From Octopus vulgaris (taxonomy: Eukaryota), in NCBI GenBank assembly GCA_951406725.2, contig OX597832.1, positions 54,994,001 to 55,058,000 of the forward strand: DNA of 64,000 bases. The letters are read 5' to 3'. Positions 13,553 through 27,153 of the stretch are shown here, piece after piece. A program made the position numbers and the translations under genes. The notes beneath the pieces are model-generated. The model was given only the letters and a program-made list of their open reading frames with translations, had not been told where the DNA came from and did no database searches. Numbering within the stretch: position 1 is the first letter of the stretch; each line of letters opens with the position of its first letter.

Positions 13553-15395
13553 TCAGGAAGAAAACTTAGTAGCAGGCAAAAGATAGGAAATTAGTGATGA
13601 CGTCATAAATAATCTATCCCCTTAGAAAACATGAGTAAGCTGCGTCGTTTTCCCATAGCCAACATAAAAAATGCTTATGGGTGCGTTTGAATACACTTGA
13701 TTTCATGAGAATAAGTGGCAGGTGAAGAGAGGTGTTTGACGCTGTGACTCAACCTCTTTATTGTGTAATCGCTCTTGCATGAACGTATTATTCTATCTGT
13801 TCTTTATGCAATTTTATATATTATTTTATCTGTTCTTTATGTATTTTTATAAATTATATTAATTATTGTGAATTTTATATAATCTTTTTATTCCGTGCCT
13901 AAACTTGTATTTAATAATCAATATGTTCAGTACATAACGTCTGAACATAACTCCTCCGCTTTATATGACATTATGTAATCCATACACACACGATATTTCA
14001 TTAATCAAAAACGTCAGTTCGATCAATTTGACTGCAAAATTCCACGCAAGCACGCACGCACACACACACGCCCGCGCACACAATCGTACTCACGCATTCA
14101 CGAACTGGCGCACGCACACACACACACACACACACAAAATCACATATTGGCAAACTGAAGATAACAAGAATTTTACTATGAACAAAATTGTATTTCGCGC
14201 AATACAAAGTTGTCAGCAATCCTTTCGCTTGTATTAGCATGTTGAGAAAAGAACCACGTGGCAGTGATATGAGACAAAGGGGAAAACCTCCTTGCCTGAA
14301 CTTATCAAACGGCGATCACATCGCATACGCAAAGAGAACGATCCCTTCACATATCTCCACATCTCTTTAAACCCGAGATATTTTCATATACTTTCAATAC
14401 AGCTACCCACGTAGCCCTGTCTGGCCGATGTGCGGAGCGATATCTTCTCTATCGCTCGAAGTGAGGCTTTTGAGACCGTTATTCTTCATTTTTAGATAAG
14501 GCAGGAAAATTGCTCGAGATAAGGTGTCTTACCCCTGTTGATAAACTAGTGCCATCATATGTGTGACGTCACAACACATGGGTCACAGTGAGGAACATTG
14601 GTGATGGCGTTCGCTCTTGGCTCATCAATGTCTTTACAGTACAATACGGCCGGATGGTGTACATCGAAGAGACTTGAAGTCATCGGCAGGGTCAGTTAGA
14701 CGTCAAGATCTTAATGCTAAGCCTTACACACATACACACATACACACAATAAATAAAAGCATTCCAAAACAGTGTCTTGCGGCGCATTCGTAAAGAAAAG
14801 CAACGAAACTGAGATTTAAAGGTAAAAAAAAACCAGCTTCGTCGCCCATGACAGGAAGGGCCATTTGAGAGGTAGCTGTTCTGAAGAACTTGAAAATAAA
14901 ATAGAAAATAGAAAATAAAACAAACAGTAAAAAAATTAAAGAGAAATGCAAAGACAGTAACAACTTGACTGGTTTCTATTTTAACGAGCACGAAACGATG
15001 TTATGGAAAAGTTAACCTCAGCGAAGGTGATTTTCCAAGATTCATATAATCTATGGTATTTCATGAAGATGATATTTCCTTCTTCCTTTCTTTCGTGTCT
15101 CCTTCTAAACTACTCTTAGGCGTTCAAGATATCATATGGAATTTGGAATTTGGCCGATCGGGATTTTTATCGATTTCCAAATCAACTCGTTAAGATACCA
15201 GGAAGTAGTTTCCCCATTGTCTACCCCATTACCTATTCTGTATACATGGCTACTGAGAAACAACACGGAATTGGTACCAAAAAAAACCCCAAAAAAACAC
15301 CGTATGCAACACTTCCACAGAGTTCTATGGCGTTCAGCGATTAACCACGTTCTGATAGCGGCTTGTTTACTACTAGATGGAGAGAGAGAGAAAGA

Positions 15396-15445
<50 letters not shown>

Positions 15446-15767
15446 AAGTAAGAGTTAAGTAGTTTTCCACAGGCACATTATCGACTTTCGGGCCGATAAT
15501 TCGACACCCAGTTTCAGCCATATCATTAATATCTGATGAAAAATCGATATATTGCTGTAATGTCCATCCATACATAGCTTTCCATACTTTGATAACGGAA
15601 CTCATAATCGAGTGGCTTTATTGTTTTGTATATTTCTTATGCTTAATTTAATTTGAATATTCAATACTTCTCTGTGTCTATGCATATTTATTGCCGTATA
15701 TCTTCGCTTATGTAATTGTCTACCGCCTAACTTGTTTTAACATATATCTATCAATATAAACCGTCTG

Positions 15768-15808
<41 letters not shown>

Positions 15809-15809
15809 A

Positions 15810-15844
<35 letters not shown>

Positions 15845-16099
15845 AAATCTATCTATCTATTTATCTATATATCTACTTCTTATCTGTGTATAATTAATTA
15901 CTGAAATGTTTGTCTATGCACGTACGTGTGTTTGTGTGTGTTGTGTGTGTGTGTGTGTGCGTGGACGTGCGTGTGTATATGATGTGTATATCTCTCTTTC
16001 TATATGTATATGTATATCTATGTATCTATAAACATATGTATATATATATATATAATATATACATATATGCATACACACACGCATACATACATACATACA

Positions 16100-16131
<32 letters not shown>

Positions 16132-16229
16132 CATCTATACTTACATATTCCTCCATCTTTTTCTCCGTCACTCTTTTCGGTCAATCATTCTCTTTCTCTG
16201 TCCCTCCGACACTCACTCTCTCTTTCTTG

Positions 16230-16316
<87 letters not shown>

Positions 16317-16369
16317 ATATATATATGTATATATATATACACACATATATATGTATATATATATATATC

Positions 16370-16402
<33 letters not shown>

Positions 16403-16889
16403 TACATGTATGTATGTATTATGAATGCGCATGTGTGTATTTATACACACATACGTACATACATACTTATGTATATACATGCACACACATGTATATACAT
16501 GCATACATACATACATACATATACATATCACTTTTGGGGAGTATTAAATATTTGAGAAGTTAGCTTCTTGCCACGACAAAAGCCACTCGTTAAATGTATA
16601 TAAAATGTAATTTATTCTTTTCTAAGTGCACTTAACTTTGCCAACGTTCACATTTAATATAGGCGACATCATTTAAAATGTCAGATGTAATATGATTTTC
16701 AAGTCGTTGGAAATCTAATCACACATTAAAAATAAAAAAAAACCTATATGGGTTTACAGCTTTGAGAAACAGGCTTATTATGAGAGGTTGTTCCATTGAC
16801 ATCTCAATATCATCATAAAATCAACGAAACAAACGAAAGGAAAAAAAAATAGCAAAAGCCAAACAAAAAAATAAATGAAAAGCAGGGTT

Positions 16890-17328
16890 TCACGTTACTA
16901 ACAACCATATCTATAGCTGGGGAAAATATTGTTTAGATATATCGATGAAGTTATATACGTAAAATGAGTGTCGACATATTCTAAGGTCACTCTTAACCAG
17001 TAAAGTACATTTACCGGAAACTAAAACGTAAAACTGGGAACGTACTGGCGAAACTGTGCAATCATTGAAGACATTCTACGAAATCATCACCAAAGAACGA
17101 AGAATAAAATTAACAGGTTTTATATTTCGATTACCAGAACTACGCCATTCGAAAGCAGTTTTCAAATGGACACCACCTGAAGGGGAAAGGAAGAGGAGAT
17201 GACCGAATGCAACACGGTACAACACATTCAAATCCGACATGAGCAAGGTTAATATTGAATGGCCGGATGCTCAGAAAACCACAGCCAACAGAAACCCATG
17301 ATATTAGCTTGCTGTCCAATGTGCTCAA
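16890..17328 (+). mobile_element. Degenerate RTE-clade LINE ORF2 C-terminal fragment
   Basis: RRIKLTGFIFRLPELRHSKAVFKWTPPEGERKRR*P..FKSDMSKVNIEWPDAQKTTANR matches the RTE pattern RRLRWxGHxLR..WxPxGKRxRGRP. Confidence 0.7.
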
Positions 17329-17697
17329 GAAATAGGTATTTCGTCAGCCGCTACGTTCTGAGTTCAAATTCCGCCGAAGTCAACTTTGCCTTTCATCCTT
17401 TCGGGGTCGATAAATACCAGTTACGCACTGGGGTCGATATAATCGACTTAATCCGTTTGTCTGTCCTTGTTCGTCCCCTCTGTGTTTAACCCCTTGTGGG
17501 TAGTAAAGAAATAGGTATATCGTCTGTCTTTACATTCCAAGTTCAGATTCTGCCGAGGTCGACTTTGCCTTTCATACTTTCGGGGTCGATAAATTAAGTA
17601 CCAGTTACGCACTAGGGTCAATGTAATCGACTTAATCCGTTTGTCTGTCCTTGTTCGTCCCCTCTATGTTTAGCCAATGTGGGTAGTAAAGAAATAG
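17325..17697 (+). mobile_element. SINE family 2, two tandem bodies without a head
   Basis: Same body consensus. Confidence 0.9.
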
Positions 17698-18039
17698 ATT
17701 ATCTTATCCAATATGTTCCCCTTTTTCAGAAAAGATAGGGAGACAAGATTTGAAAAAAATTTAGCTGCTATTTCTCACAGAGCAATTGGCCCTGTATAGG
17801 CTTCCGCATTGGTTTGAGTGTCTCTTAATGACTGCAGTGTAATCCCCAAGAGATATATGATGACTGTATGAGATATGTGAGATATCCTATGACTAATATC
17901 CGCTTATCTACATTAGATCACGTGTTACATTCCTTGAGCAACAAGAACGAGAGTATTCATCTAGAATTCAGTGACCTAAGCTTAAGGAAGTACATTTATG
18001 CATCGGATTTCAACCTGGCACCGGTTAATCTTGATAATG

Positions 18040-18368
18040 CAATACTTTATCTTGTTTACGCCGTCTCCGTAACTTAGCGGTTCAGCAAAAGAGTCAGATA
18101 TAATTATTACCAGGATTTTTAAAAATATGTACAAGTGATGATTCGTTCGACTAGAATCCTAGAAGGGGATGTCCCAGCATGGCCGTAATCCAGTAACTGA
18201 AACGATTAAAAGGCGGGGGCTGTGTGGTGAGAAGCTTGCTTCCCAATCATATGGTCCTGAGTTCAGTCCCACTGCGTGGCGCCTTGGGCAAGTGTCTTCT
18301 ACTATAGCCTTGGACCAACCAAAGTTTTGTCAGTTGATTTGGTAGAGGGAAACTGAAAGAAACACATC

Positions 18369-18372
<4 letters not shown>
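18040..18372 (+). mobile_element. SINE family 1 fragments (3' part followed by 5' part)
   Basis: CGTAACTTAGCGGTTC...CCCAGCATGGCCG, then GGCTGTGTGG...CCTTGGGCAAGTG. Confidence 0.8.
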
Positions 18373-18441
<69 letters not shown>

Positions 18442-18639
18442 GATATGTACATATATGTATATAGGCTTATATATATATTGTTTATATTATTATATGATCG
18501 AACACTACGCATCCATTTCAAAGTAAGTTTTATTTTAATTTATCTATCTCCCTCTCTTGTTCTTCTTCCTTTCTGTTTTTCCCTCCCACTCTTTCCCTAT
18601 TCTTCTCCTCTCCCGTTCATCGTTCCTTCTCTCTCTCAC

Positions 18640-19115
18640 TCGTCCTCCTTGACTCTCTCGTTACTCACACGTTACCAACGACTACCTATCTTTCTTTCTT
18701 CCACTTCCTTTCTAAAGACAAGACATGCTTTTACCTGTCTCTTCTCAAAGCTCGTTTTTCCAGCGTTCACCACTTCACGTCGTCTTGGCTTAATAGCCCT
18801 CACCTCACCGTTTGCTTTTACTGTTTTGTTCTCTAACTGTCCTGCTTTTGCTACCACTTTAACCCTCCGCAAAAAATCCCAAATTTTATTTAATTTGCTT
18901 TGCGGGAAGGAGTGTTTTAACGAAGTCGCGTTTGTCCCTACCTTCGAAACGCGAAGATAAAACAGGGAACAACTGATGAAGGGATTGTTCTTCATGTTGC
19001 CTGTCTCGTTTCTCTATTTCTTTCTTTCGTTGTTCGATAAAAATGTTCGTTTTCTATGTTTTTTTATTTTCTCGAGCTTCGCTTTTTGTTCATGTTTTTT
19101 ATATCCTGTACTCAT
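18640..19115 (+). mobile_element. Family A element copy 2 (left boundary approximate)
   Basis: Shared hairpin, permuted HHR (18926-18984) and T-rich tail; lies between the two halves of a family 1 SINE. Confidence 0.8.
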
Positions 19116-19116
19116 G

Positions 19117-19177
<61 letters not shown>

Positions 19178-19289
19178 GTGTGTGTATGTGTATGTATGTA
19201 TGTATATATATGTATGTATATATGTATGTATGGATGTATACGTATGTATGAATGTATGTATATGCATGCGTGTATGTGCCTATGTATGC

Positions 19290-19520
19290 GCGAGCGCGTC
19301 TTTGTATCTGTGCTTGTCCGCGTGTCGCCGCCTGACAACCGGTGTCTGTGCGTTTACGTCCCCGCAAACTAGCGGTTCGGCAAAAGAGACCGACAGAATA
19401 AGCACTAGCCTTTAAAAATAAGTCTTAGGGTCGATTTGTTTGACTAAAACCCTTCAGGGTGCTGCTCCAACATGGCCGCAGTCAAATGATCTGAAAGAAG
19501 CAAAAGAAGAAAAGAAAGAA
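19290..19520 (+). mobile_element. SINE family 1 3' half
   Basis: Family consensus. Confidence 0.85.
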
Positions 19521-19669
19521 AACGATGTGTGGATGCCAGGGAAATACGTCGTGTGTTTCTCATGCGATGCTACACACGATTGGCAAAGGACCTAACGAAT
19601 TAATTGAAACGGTTAGTCGCCATGATTTCAATTAATGGAGTCTAACGCAAAAGGTAATATTTACGTTGT

Positions 19670-20245
19670 ATTTATCTTTTTACTCTGTGGTTGTGAGAGG
19701 TGGACCTTGTACTGCAGAGTTGTTCAATAGCTGGAACGATTCTATCAACAAAAGCTACGATCAGTTATTAACATCAAACGGGATAACTATGTCAACAGAT
19801 TTGCAGTCCTCGAGCGAGCCAACGCTAACAGGGTTGAAGCTCTCATTATCAAACATCGCCTCACATGGTCAGGTCAAGGCCACCGCATGAGGAGTATGGG
19901 ACTGCCACGTCAAATCCTCTAAACCGAACCACTGCCGGCAAGAGATCACGCGGGCGTTTCATGCGACGCTACAAAGTCCAACTGAAACAGACGATGAAGA
20001 GCACCAATCTTGACCTTAAATCGTATGAATAACGCGCAGGAGACGTATTAGAACGGCGTCACACCATCAGGACTTCTGTTGAACATTTTGAAAAGCATCT
20101 TCTATGAAATGAAGAAGATAGACGTTTACGACGAAAGAACTACGAACTTCAGCAAGAACTTCTACTGACCATCAAATGTGACATCTGTGGACTATTGTTT
20201 CACGCAAAACGTCAGTCTTGTCAACCATCAGAGGCGCCGACATCA
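19670..20245 (+). mobile_element. RTE-clade LINE ORF2 3' fragment with stops and frameshifts
   Basis: LLCGCERWTLY..LERFYQQKLRSVINIK..VLERANANRVEALIIKHRLTWSGQGHRM..LPRQIL*..GKRSRGR..RRYKVQLK, ending in a CDICG..NHQR C2H2-like finger. Confidence 0.85.
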
Positions 20246-20339
20246 ATGAGGTGGTAGAGATGACGAAAGAAATAACTCGGGAAAGAGAAGCTGACGTCGA
20301 TCTTGAAGTTTGTTTTTTTTTGTTTGTTAACGAAATATA

Positions 20340-20555
20340 TTGGTTTCAAATTTTGACACAAGGCCAGCAATTTCGGGGTAGGGGGTTAGTTGATTACAAC
20401 GACCCCAGTGTTCAACTGGCACTTATTTAATCGACCCAGAGGGGATGAAAGGCAAAGTAGAACCCGGCAGAGTTTGAACTCGGAGCATAAAGACGAACGC
20501 GATACTATTAAGCAAATAGTCCGGCGCATTAAGGATTCTGCCAACTTGCCGCCCT
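20340..20555 (-). mobile_element. SINE family 2 variant
   Basis: Reverse complement of the GGCGGCAAGTTGGCAGAATC head and TTTGCCTTTCATCCC body. Confidence 0.75.
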
Positions 20556-21116
20556 TAAAGGATACCGCTGCTCCGGATGAGGCACAACTCACAACATTAG
20601 CCTATCTCCCGACTTGTTGGTAACACAAGGAAAGTACTGTCGGGGCGTTAACCGTTTGTGCTACCGGAGCAGACATTTTACGAAATATATTGCCAACAGC
20701 TCTGGCGAAAGCAAACAAGAATGTTTCCACTTGGGTACGCCACTCTCCCACGACCCCGCTCTCTCTCTCCTTCTCTCTCTCCGTCTCTCTCCTTCTCTGA
20801 CACTCTCTCTCTCTCTCTCTCTCTCTATGTCTCTCTGTCTCAGTATGTATATATTTACATGCTCCGTTGTTCGGTGAGGTAGAGCGGAACGAATATAGTG
20901 CGTCAGCGCGAGAATACAATAGCGTGACACTTCAGTCGAAAGCTCAACATTGCAAAGCATTTTATTTATGACGAACGAAAATATGATGAGTCGATACAAA
21001 TGTGTGCGCGCGTGCGTAAGCGTATGAGTGTGTGCGTGCATATGTGTATGTGCAAGAATGTATACACAGACACACAGACACACACACAAATATATATACA
21101 TATATATACATATTTG

Positions 21117-21173
<57 letters not shown>

Positions 21174-21329
21174 TTGATAAAAAGGTGTTTTTTATCTAAT
21201 ATTTTATATATATTATATTGTGTGGAATTTGATTTAGTATTTCTAAATTGAATTCTTTTTCCTTGTAAGTTTGGATTTTATTCCCTCAAATAATAATTAT
21301 ATATATATTAATATAAATAATATATAAAT

Positions 21330-21903
21330 ATATGCATATATACATACATATATGTACATACCTACATATATATGTATATATACATGCATATATGGGTACA
21401 GGACATCAAAAAAACGTTGAATGCAATGAGAAACGAAAACATGAAAACAAAAACATAGAAATGAACATTTTTTCAAACAACGAAAAAAAACAGAGAAACG
21501 CGATATACAGCACAAGAGATATTCCCCTTCTTCAGTTGTCCCTGTTTCATCAACTCCGCATTTCGAGGACAAGGACAAGACGCGACTTCGTTGAAACAGT
21601 CCTTCCCGCAAAGCAAATTAAATAAAATTTGGGATTTTTTGCGGAGGGGTGAAAGTGGTAACAAGAACAGGACAGTGAGAACAAGACAGTAAAAACAATA
21701 AAAAAAGTAAAAACACTAAAAGACAGAACAATGAGAACAAAACAGTGAAAACAAACGATGAGGGCTGTAAAGGCAATACGTTGGGAGAATTATTCAGAAC
21801 GCTTAAGGAAACAGCTTATGAAGAGACAGGATAAGTTGGTCTGGTCTTTGTGAAGATAGCACTGAAGATAGCAGTTGGAAAGATGGCTTCCCTCTGATCA
21901 CGT
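21330..21903 (-). mobile_element. Family A element copy 3
   Basis: Reverse complement is closely similar to 3818-4170, including the tail. Confidence 0.85.
21523..21585 (-). ncRNA. Non-circularly permuted hammerhead motif, best-preserved copy
   Basis: UCGCGUC^UUGUCCUU-G-UCCUC-GAAAUGCGG-aguugaugaaac-AGGGACAA-CUGAAGA-A-GGGGA; stem III 6 bp, stem I 8 bp, stem II 5 bp. Confidence 0.75.
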
Positions 21904-21937
21904 GTATACATACACTACTACTTCTACAAATATTACA

Positions 21938-21976
<39 letters not shown>

Positions 21977-22626
21977 GCTACTACTACTACTATTACTGCA
22001 TCTTCCTTAGAAGTGATGAGAGATTGAACATCACTCTCTTCAGAAGAGCCCGAAGACAACGACAACAGCAAACAACAAAGGACCACAACAATGACTATAC
22101 TCTACTTCAGTGGGAAGTGATGACACCCGACTATAACAGATTTGCCGAGAGAGAGACAAGAGACCAATACATTCGTTGGTTTTATTTTAGTTTAGTGTAG
22201 TTTTTACAACCCCGATCTCTTGTTTCTGCAGACTGTTTATTCAATTATCACTAATTAAATATATTAAGAATGTGCTGCCAGCCCCACCCTAGCCCCACCC
22301 CATTCATCCTCCCCTCTCTCTCTCTTTCTCTTTCTCACTTTCACTCACTCTCCTTCTCATCCTATTCCCGCATCCCGATCCTAGACAAAACAGACATACA
22401 TTCATATAAACCGGAACAGAAAGAAACGCAGGCGGAAGTCTCTCTCCCATTTGTGCAAACGCGCGCACAAACACACATACACATACATACATACACATAC
22501 GCACACACACACACACGGACACACATAAACACATACACACCCAAAGATATACATATGTGCATGATTATGTGAAGGCATATATTTATATGTCTATAATATA
22601 TATATATTTGTTTTTGTAAATTCACA

Positions 22627-22657
<31 letters not shown>

Positions 22658-22696
22658 ATGTGTGAATTTACAAAAACAAACAAAAGAGGAAGACTT

Positions 22697-22743
<47 letters not shown>

Positions 22744-22762
22744 TCATATATATAAAACATCC

Positions 22763-22813
<51 letters not shown>

Positions 22814-23405
22814 TTAGCTGAGTTAGAGGTTAAAATAACCGTCTAAGGGATAGAAATATCCATTACACTACCGGTATATTACCTGTACTTAACCATGGGT
22901 ATACATATGCAAACATCTTATGTTCATAAATTACAGGTAAAGACAAGGATAAACATGAGTTTAACAAGAATCGAAATTTAAAAGAAACAGTAAATATTTG
23001 ATGTAAGTCCATTGTTGTTCATCAGTTCTTCTCCATTCATATATGTGTGTATGTATATATATACGTGTACATATATATATACATACGTATACATATATAG
23101 ATAGATAGATATACATATATGTATGTATGTATTAAAAGGATGTGTCATAATACTATCCCACATATACAAAAAACAGCCATATCAACAATCCAACATACCT
23201 CCATCATCAGCTGCCCCACAGATATCATTATGGTTTCGACACCTGGGCAGTACCATTCAATCCGGCGGTGTCAACAGCACTAAAATAAGTGTTGTTTGGG
23301 AACAATCATACCAAAGAAACCACAACTTTCAAACACATCTACCCTATGTACAACAGTACCAGTAAATAAATTCAATAAGTTGTACGTATACATACATACT
23401 TAAAT

Positions 23406-23550
<145 letters not shown>

Positions 23551-23553
23551 TAT

Positions 23554-23586
<33 letters not shown>

Positions 23587-23789
23587 GCTTACTATTTTAG
23601 CAAGTAACACAGCAAGGTTATCTCCGATGTGAAATATATTTGAAATATAATTACTTCTCGCATTGTTATTAATATTTATCAGTGTATATTGTACAGGAAC
23701 GATGTGTATATAAGAAGCAGAGTGTGTGCGCATGCGTATGTGAGCCTGCGTATCTATATGTATGCGTATCTGTTTGTCTGTCTCTATAT

Positions 23790-23808
23790 ATATCGATCTA
23801 TATACATT

Positions 23809-23861
<53 letters not shown>

Positions 23862-24063
23862 CATATATATATATATATATATATATATAAGATATAGCTA
23901 TTTATATATGAGTCTATAGGTATGTATGTAGATATGTATGCATGTATGTATGTATGCATGTATGTATGTATGTATGTATGTATGTATGTATGCATGTATG
24001 TATGTATGTATGTATATATGTATGTATACACATAACAATTATTATATCGATCTATATATATTT

Positions 24064-24138
<75 letters not shown>

Positions 24139-24282
24139 ATATAGCTATTTATATATGAGTCTATATGTATGTATGTACATATGTATACATGTATGTATGT
24201 ATGTATGCATGTATGTATGTATGTATGTATGTATGTATGTATGTATGTATGTATGTATGTATGTATACATATAACAATTATT
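23790..24282. repeat. Tandem duplication of a ~255 bp compound-microsatellite unit
   Basis: The anchors TATCGATCTATA, AAGATATAGCTATTTATATATGAGTCTAT and ATAACAATTATT each occur twice in the same order. Confidence 0.85.
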
Positions 24283-25275
24283 GTTGCTGTTTGTATGCCT
24301 TTAGTGTTATGTTATCTTTGTACGAGGAGAAGGAATAAAATCTATATTATGTGTTTTCATTAAAATCGTCTTCCTTATCCGGCTACTGAACTAATAAGAA
24401 AGCAAGAACAACAAAAACAACATTGTTCGCCGATGTTTAATTCCATAAAACCGTCTCTGTTTAATGTAGTGTAGTTTTGTTGACATGGCAAAAGCGATAT
24501 TAGCCGTTAAAATTAACAAATTGACTCTAGTTTTGAGACAGCAAACATAAGATGGCGGAGACGAAAAATTTACGATCAATAAATAAAAACAAGATTCGTG
24601 AAAAATGACAAGTGTAAAAATACTAGCGAGAACTATATAGACTTGTGAATGAGTAAATCTGTGACTTACTGTTTAAAGTGCATTGTATATATGTGAATTA
24701 TAGTTTAAAGTTAAAGTACATAGGGTGTCCTGGAAATATATTTCACACTGTAAACAATGGAGTCGCTTTAAAGTACATACATTGTTCTGAAATAATTTTG
24801 ATACGATGAAGATGAAAGTCTCGAAAAATCGATTGCAATGCGAAGTGTATTTGAGTTAATATTTTATTGGAATGTCGAGAGACACAAAAACAAATAATAC
24901 AAAACGGTTAAAAACAATAATTCTATAAACTGTGATTTATATTGGTGTGTCTTTATCAAACCGTATCAATTAACTGCGATGTAGATAGGTCAGTTGATGT
25001 GGGTAACTTCGGAGAAAGGTGGGAATCAATAGAACGGATTGTAAGGAGTACAATGTAATATTGGTCCCATGTCTGGGGGCGGAACCAGTTTTTCACACAT
25101 GCACCGATATTCAACATCGCATCTGGAAAAAGGGCCAACCATACTGATTGTTATAAATTCACGAACGGAACGGACATGCACCAGACTCTGGAGCACAAGC
25201 TCGCTGCTCCCTCGTTCCCTGCCTTTTCTTCCGTTACTGTAATGATTTCTGCCCCTAAGGATCTCATACCACCTC

Positions 25276-25684
25276 TACTCTTTCTCCTTTTTTTTCTCTT
25301 TTTACTTGTTTCAGTCATTTGACGGCGGCCATGCTGGAGCACCGCCTTTAATCGAGCAACTCAACCCCGGGACTTATTCATTGTAAGCCCAGTACTTATT
25401 CTATCGGTCTCTTTTGCCGAACCGCTAGATTACGGGGACATAAACACACCAGCATCGGTTGTCAAGCAATGCTAGGGGGACAAATACAAACATACACGCA
25501 AACACACATATATATATATATATATATACATATATACGACGGGCTTCTTTCAGTTTCCGTCTACCAAATCCACTCACAAGGCTCGAGGCTATAGTATAAG
25601 ACACTTGCCCAAGGTGCCACGCAGTGGGACTGAACCCGGAACCATGTGGTTGGTAAACAAGCTACTTACCACACAGCCACTCCT
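25276..25684 (-). mobile_element. SINE family 1
   Basis: Family consensus. Confidence 0.9.
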
Positions 25685-26046
25685 ACACTGGCAAATCCTT
25701 TCACCCCCTCCGCCAGTTCTTCCTTCCCCAAAACGTCGGTCCTCTGGAAAGCCCTTCTTATTCCTAATTTGAACCCGTTCCTCCCGCGAGTGTTACCTTT
25801 CTATGGTTCTAGAAAAACAATACTGTTAGCATGAATCTCACCAATCTCGGATGTCTGCGAACGCCATTGCCTCTTTCTCTTCACCTTCGAAACAAAACAA
25901 AACAAAACAAAACAAAAAACAAAGACAAAAAAGAAAATATTTCCAAGCTTGGAGATAATTCGTTGTCGAAAATCTACCTGTCATTTATTATATGAGATCT
26001 TACAATCAACTGATGGACGAGCTGTCTAATTCCCTCTCTTTTCTCT

Positions 26047-26100
<54 letters not shown>

Positions 26101-26224
26101 CACCACCACACTACTACTATCACCACTACTACCACCACCACTACTACTACTACAAACACTACTACTACTACCACAACCACCACCACCACCACTACTACAA
26201 CTACTACCACCACTACTACCACCG

Positions 26225-26268
<44 letters not shown>

Positions 26269-26307
26269 GTATTTCTAAGCAACTTACTACATTGAGCCTA
26301 TATATGT

Positions 26308-26512
26308 GTGTAGATAAAACAGGGGACAACTGATGAAGGGATTGTCCTTTATGTTTCCTGTCTCTTCCTCTATTTGTTTCTTTCGTTGTTCGAAAAAAAG
26401 TTCGTTTTCTATGCTTTTGTTTTTCCATGTTCTCGGTTTTCATGTTGTTCATGATTTTTTTTTTTGACGTCCTTTACCCATATATGCATGTGTATATACA
26501 TATATATGTAGG

Positions 26513-26515
<3 letters not shown>
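26308..26515 (+). mobile_element. Family A element copy 4, 5'-truncated
   Basis: Starts at AGATAAAACAGGGGACAACTGATGAAGGGATTG, followed by the family tail. Confidence 0.75.
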
Positions 26516-26544
<29 letters not shown>

Positions 26545-26571
26545 TGTATGTATGTATGTATGTATGCATAT

Positions 26572-26970
26572 TTACTCTTCTACTTGTTTCAGTCATTTGA
26601 CTCCGGCCATGCTGGAGCACCGCCTTTAGTTGAGCAAATCGACCCCAGCACTTATTCTTTGTGAGACTAGAATATATTCTATCGGTGTCCTTTACCGAGC
26701 CACTAAGTTATGGGGACGTAAACACACCAGCATCGGTTGTCAAGCGATGTCGGGGTGACAAACACAGACACACAAACACACACATATATACATATACAAA
26801 TATACGACGGGCTTCTTTCAGTTTCCGTCTACCAAATCCACTCACAAGGCCTTGGTCGGCCCGAGGCTATGGTAGAAGACACTTGCCCAAGGTGCCACGC
26901 AGTGGGACTGAACCCGGAACCATGTGGTTGGTAAGCAAGCTACCTACTACACAGCCACTCCTGCGCCTAT
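26572..26970 (-). mobile_element. SINE family 1
   Basis: Family consensus. Confidence 0.9.
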
Positions 26971-27086
26971 ATATATTATTTATATTATTGTGTGTGCGTA
27001 TATATATATATATATTTATATATATACAGCGGTGGTGCCCCAGCATGGCCGCGGCCTTCGGGCTAAACATTTTTAAGGATTTAAGG

Positions 27087-27153
<67 letters not shown>

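Noticed and set aside
14631-14696. Possible exon translating VHRRDLKSS (kinase HRDLK-like)
   Set aside because: Motif spacing is wrong and there is no other kinase subdomain nearby.
20602-20960. CpG-rich island with AAAATG-initiated short ORF (MSAPVAQTVNAP), possible first exon or promoter
   Set aside because: No strong splice donor and no recognisable product.
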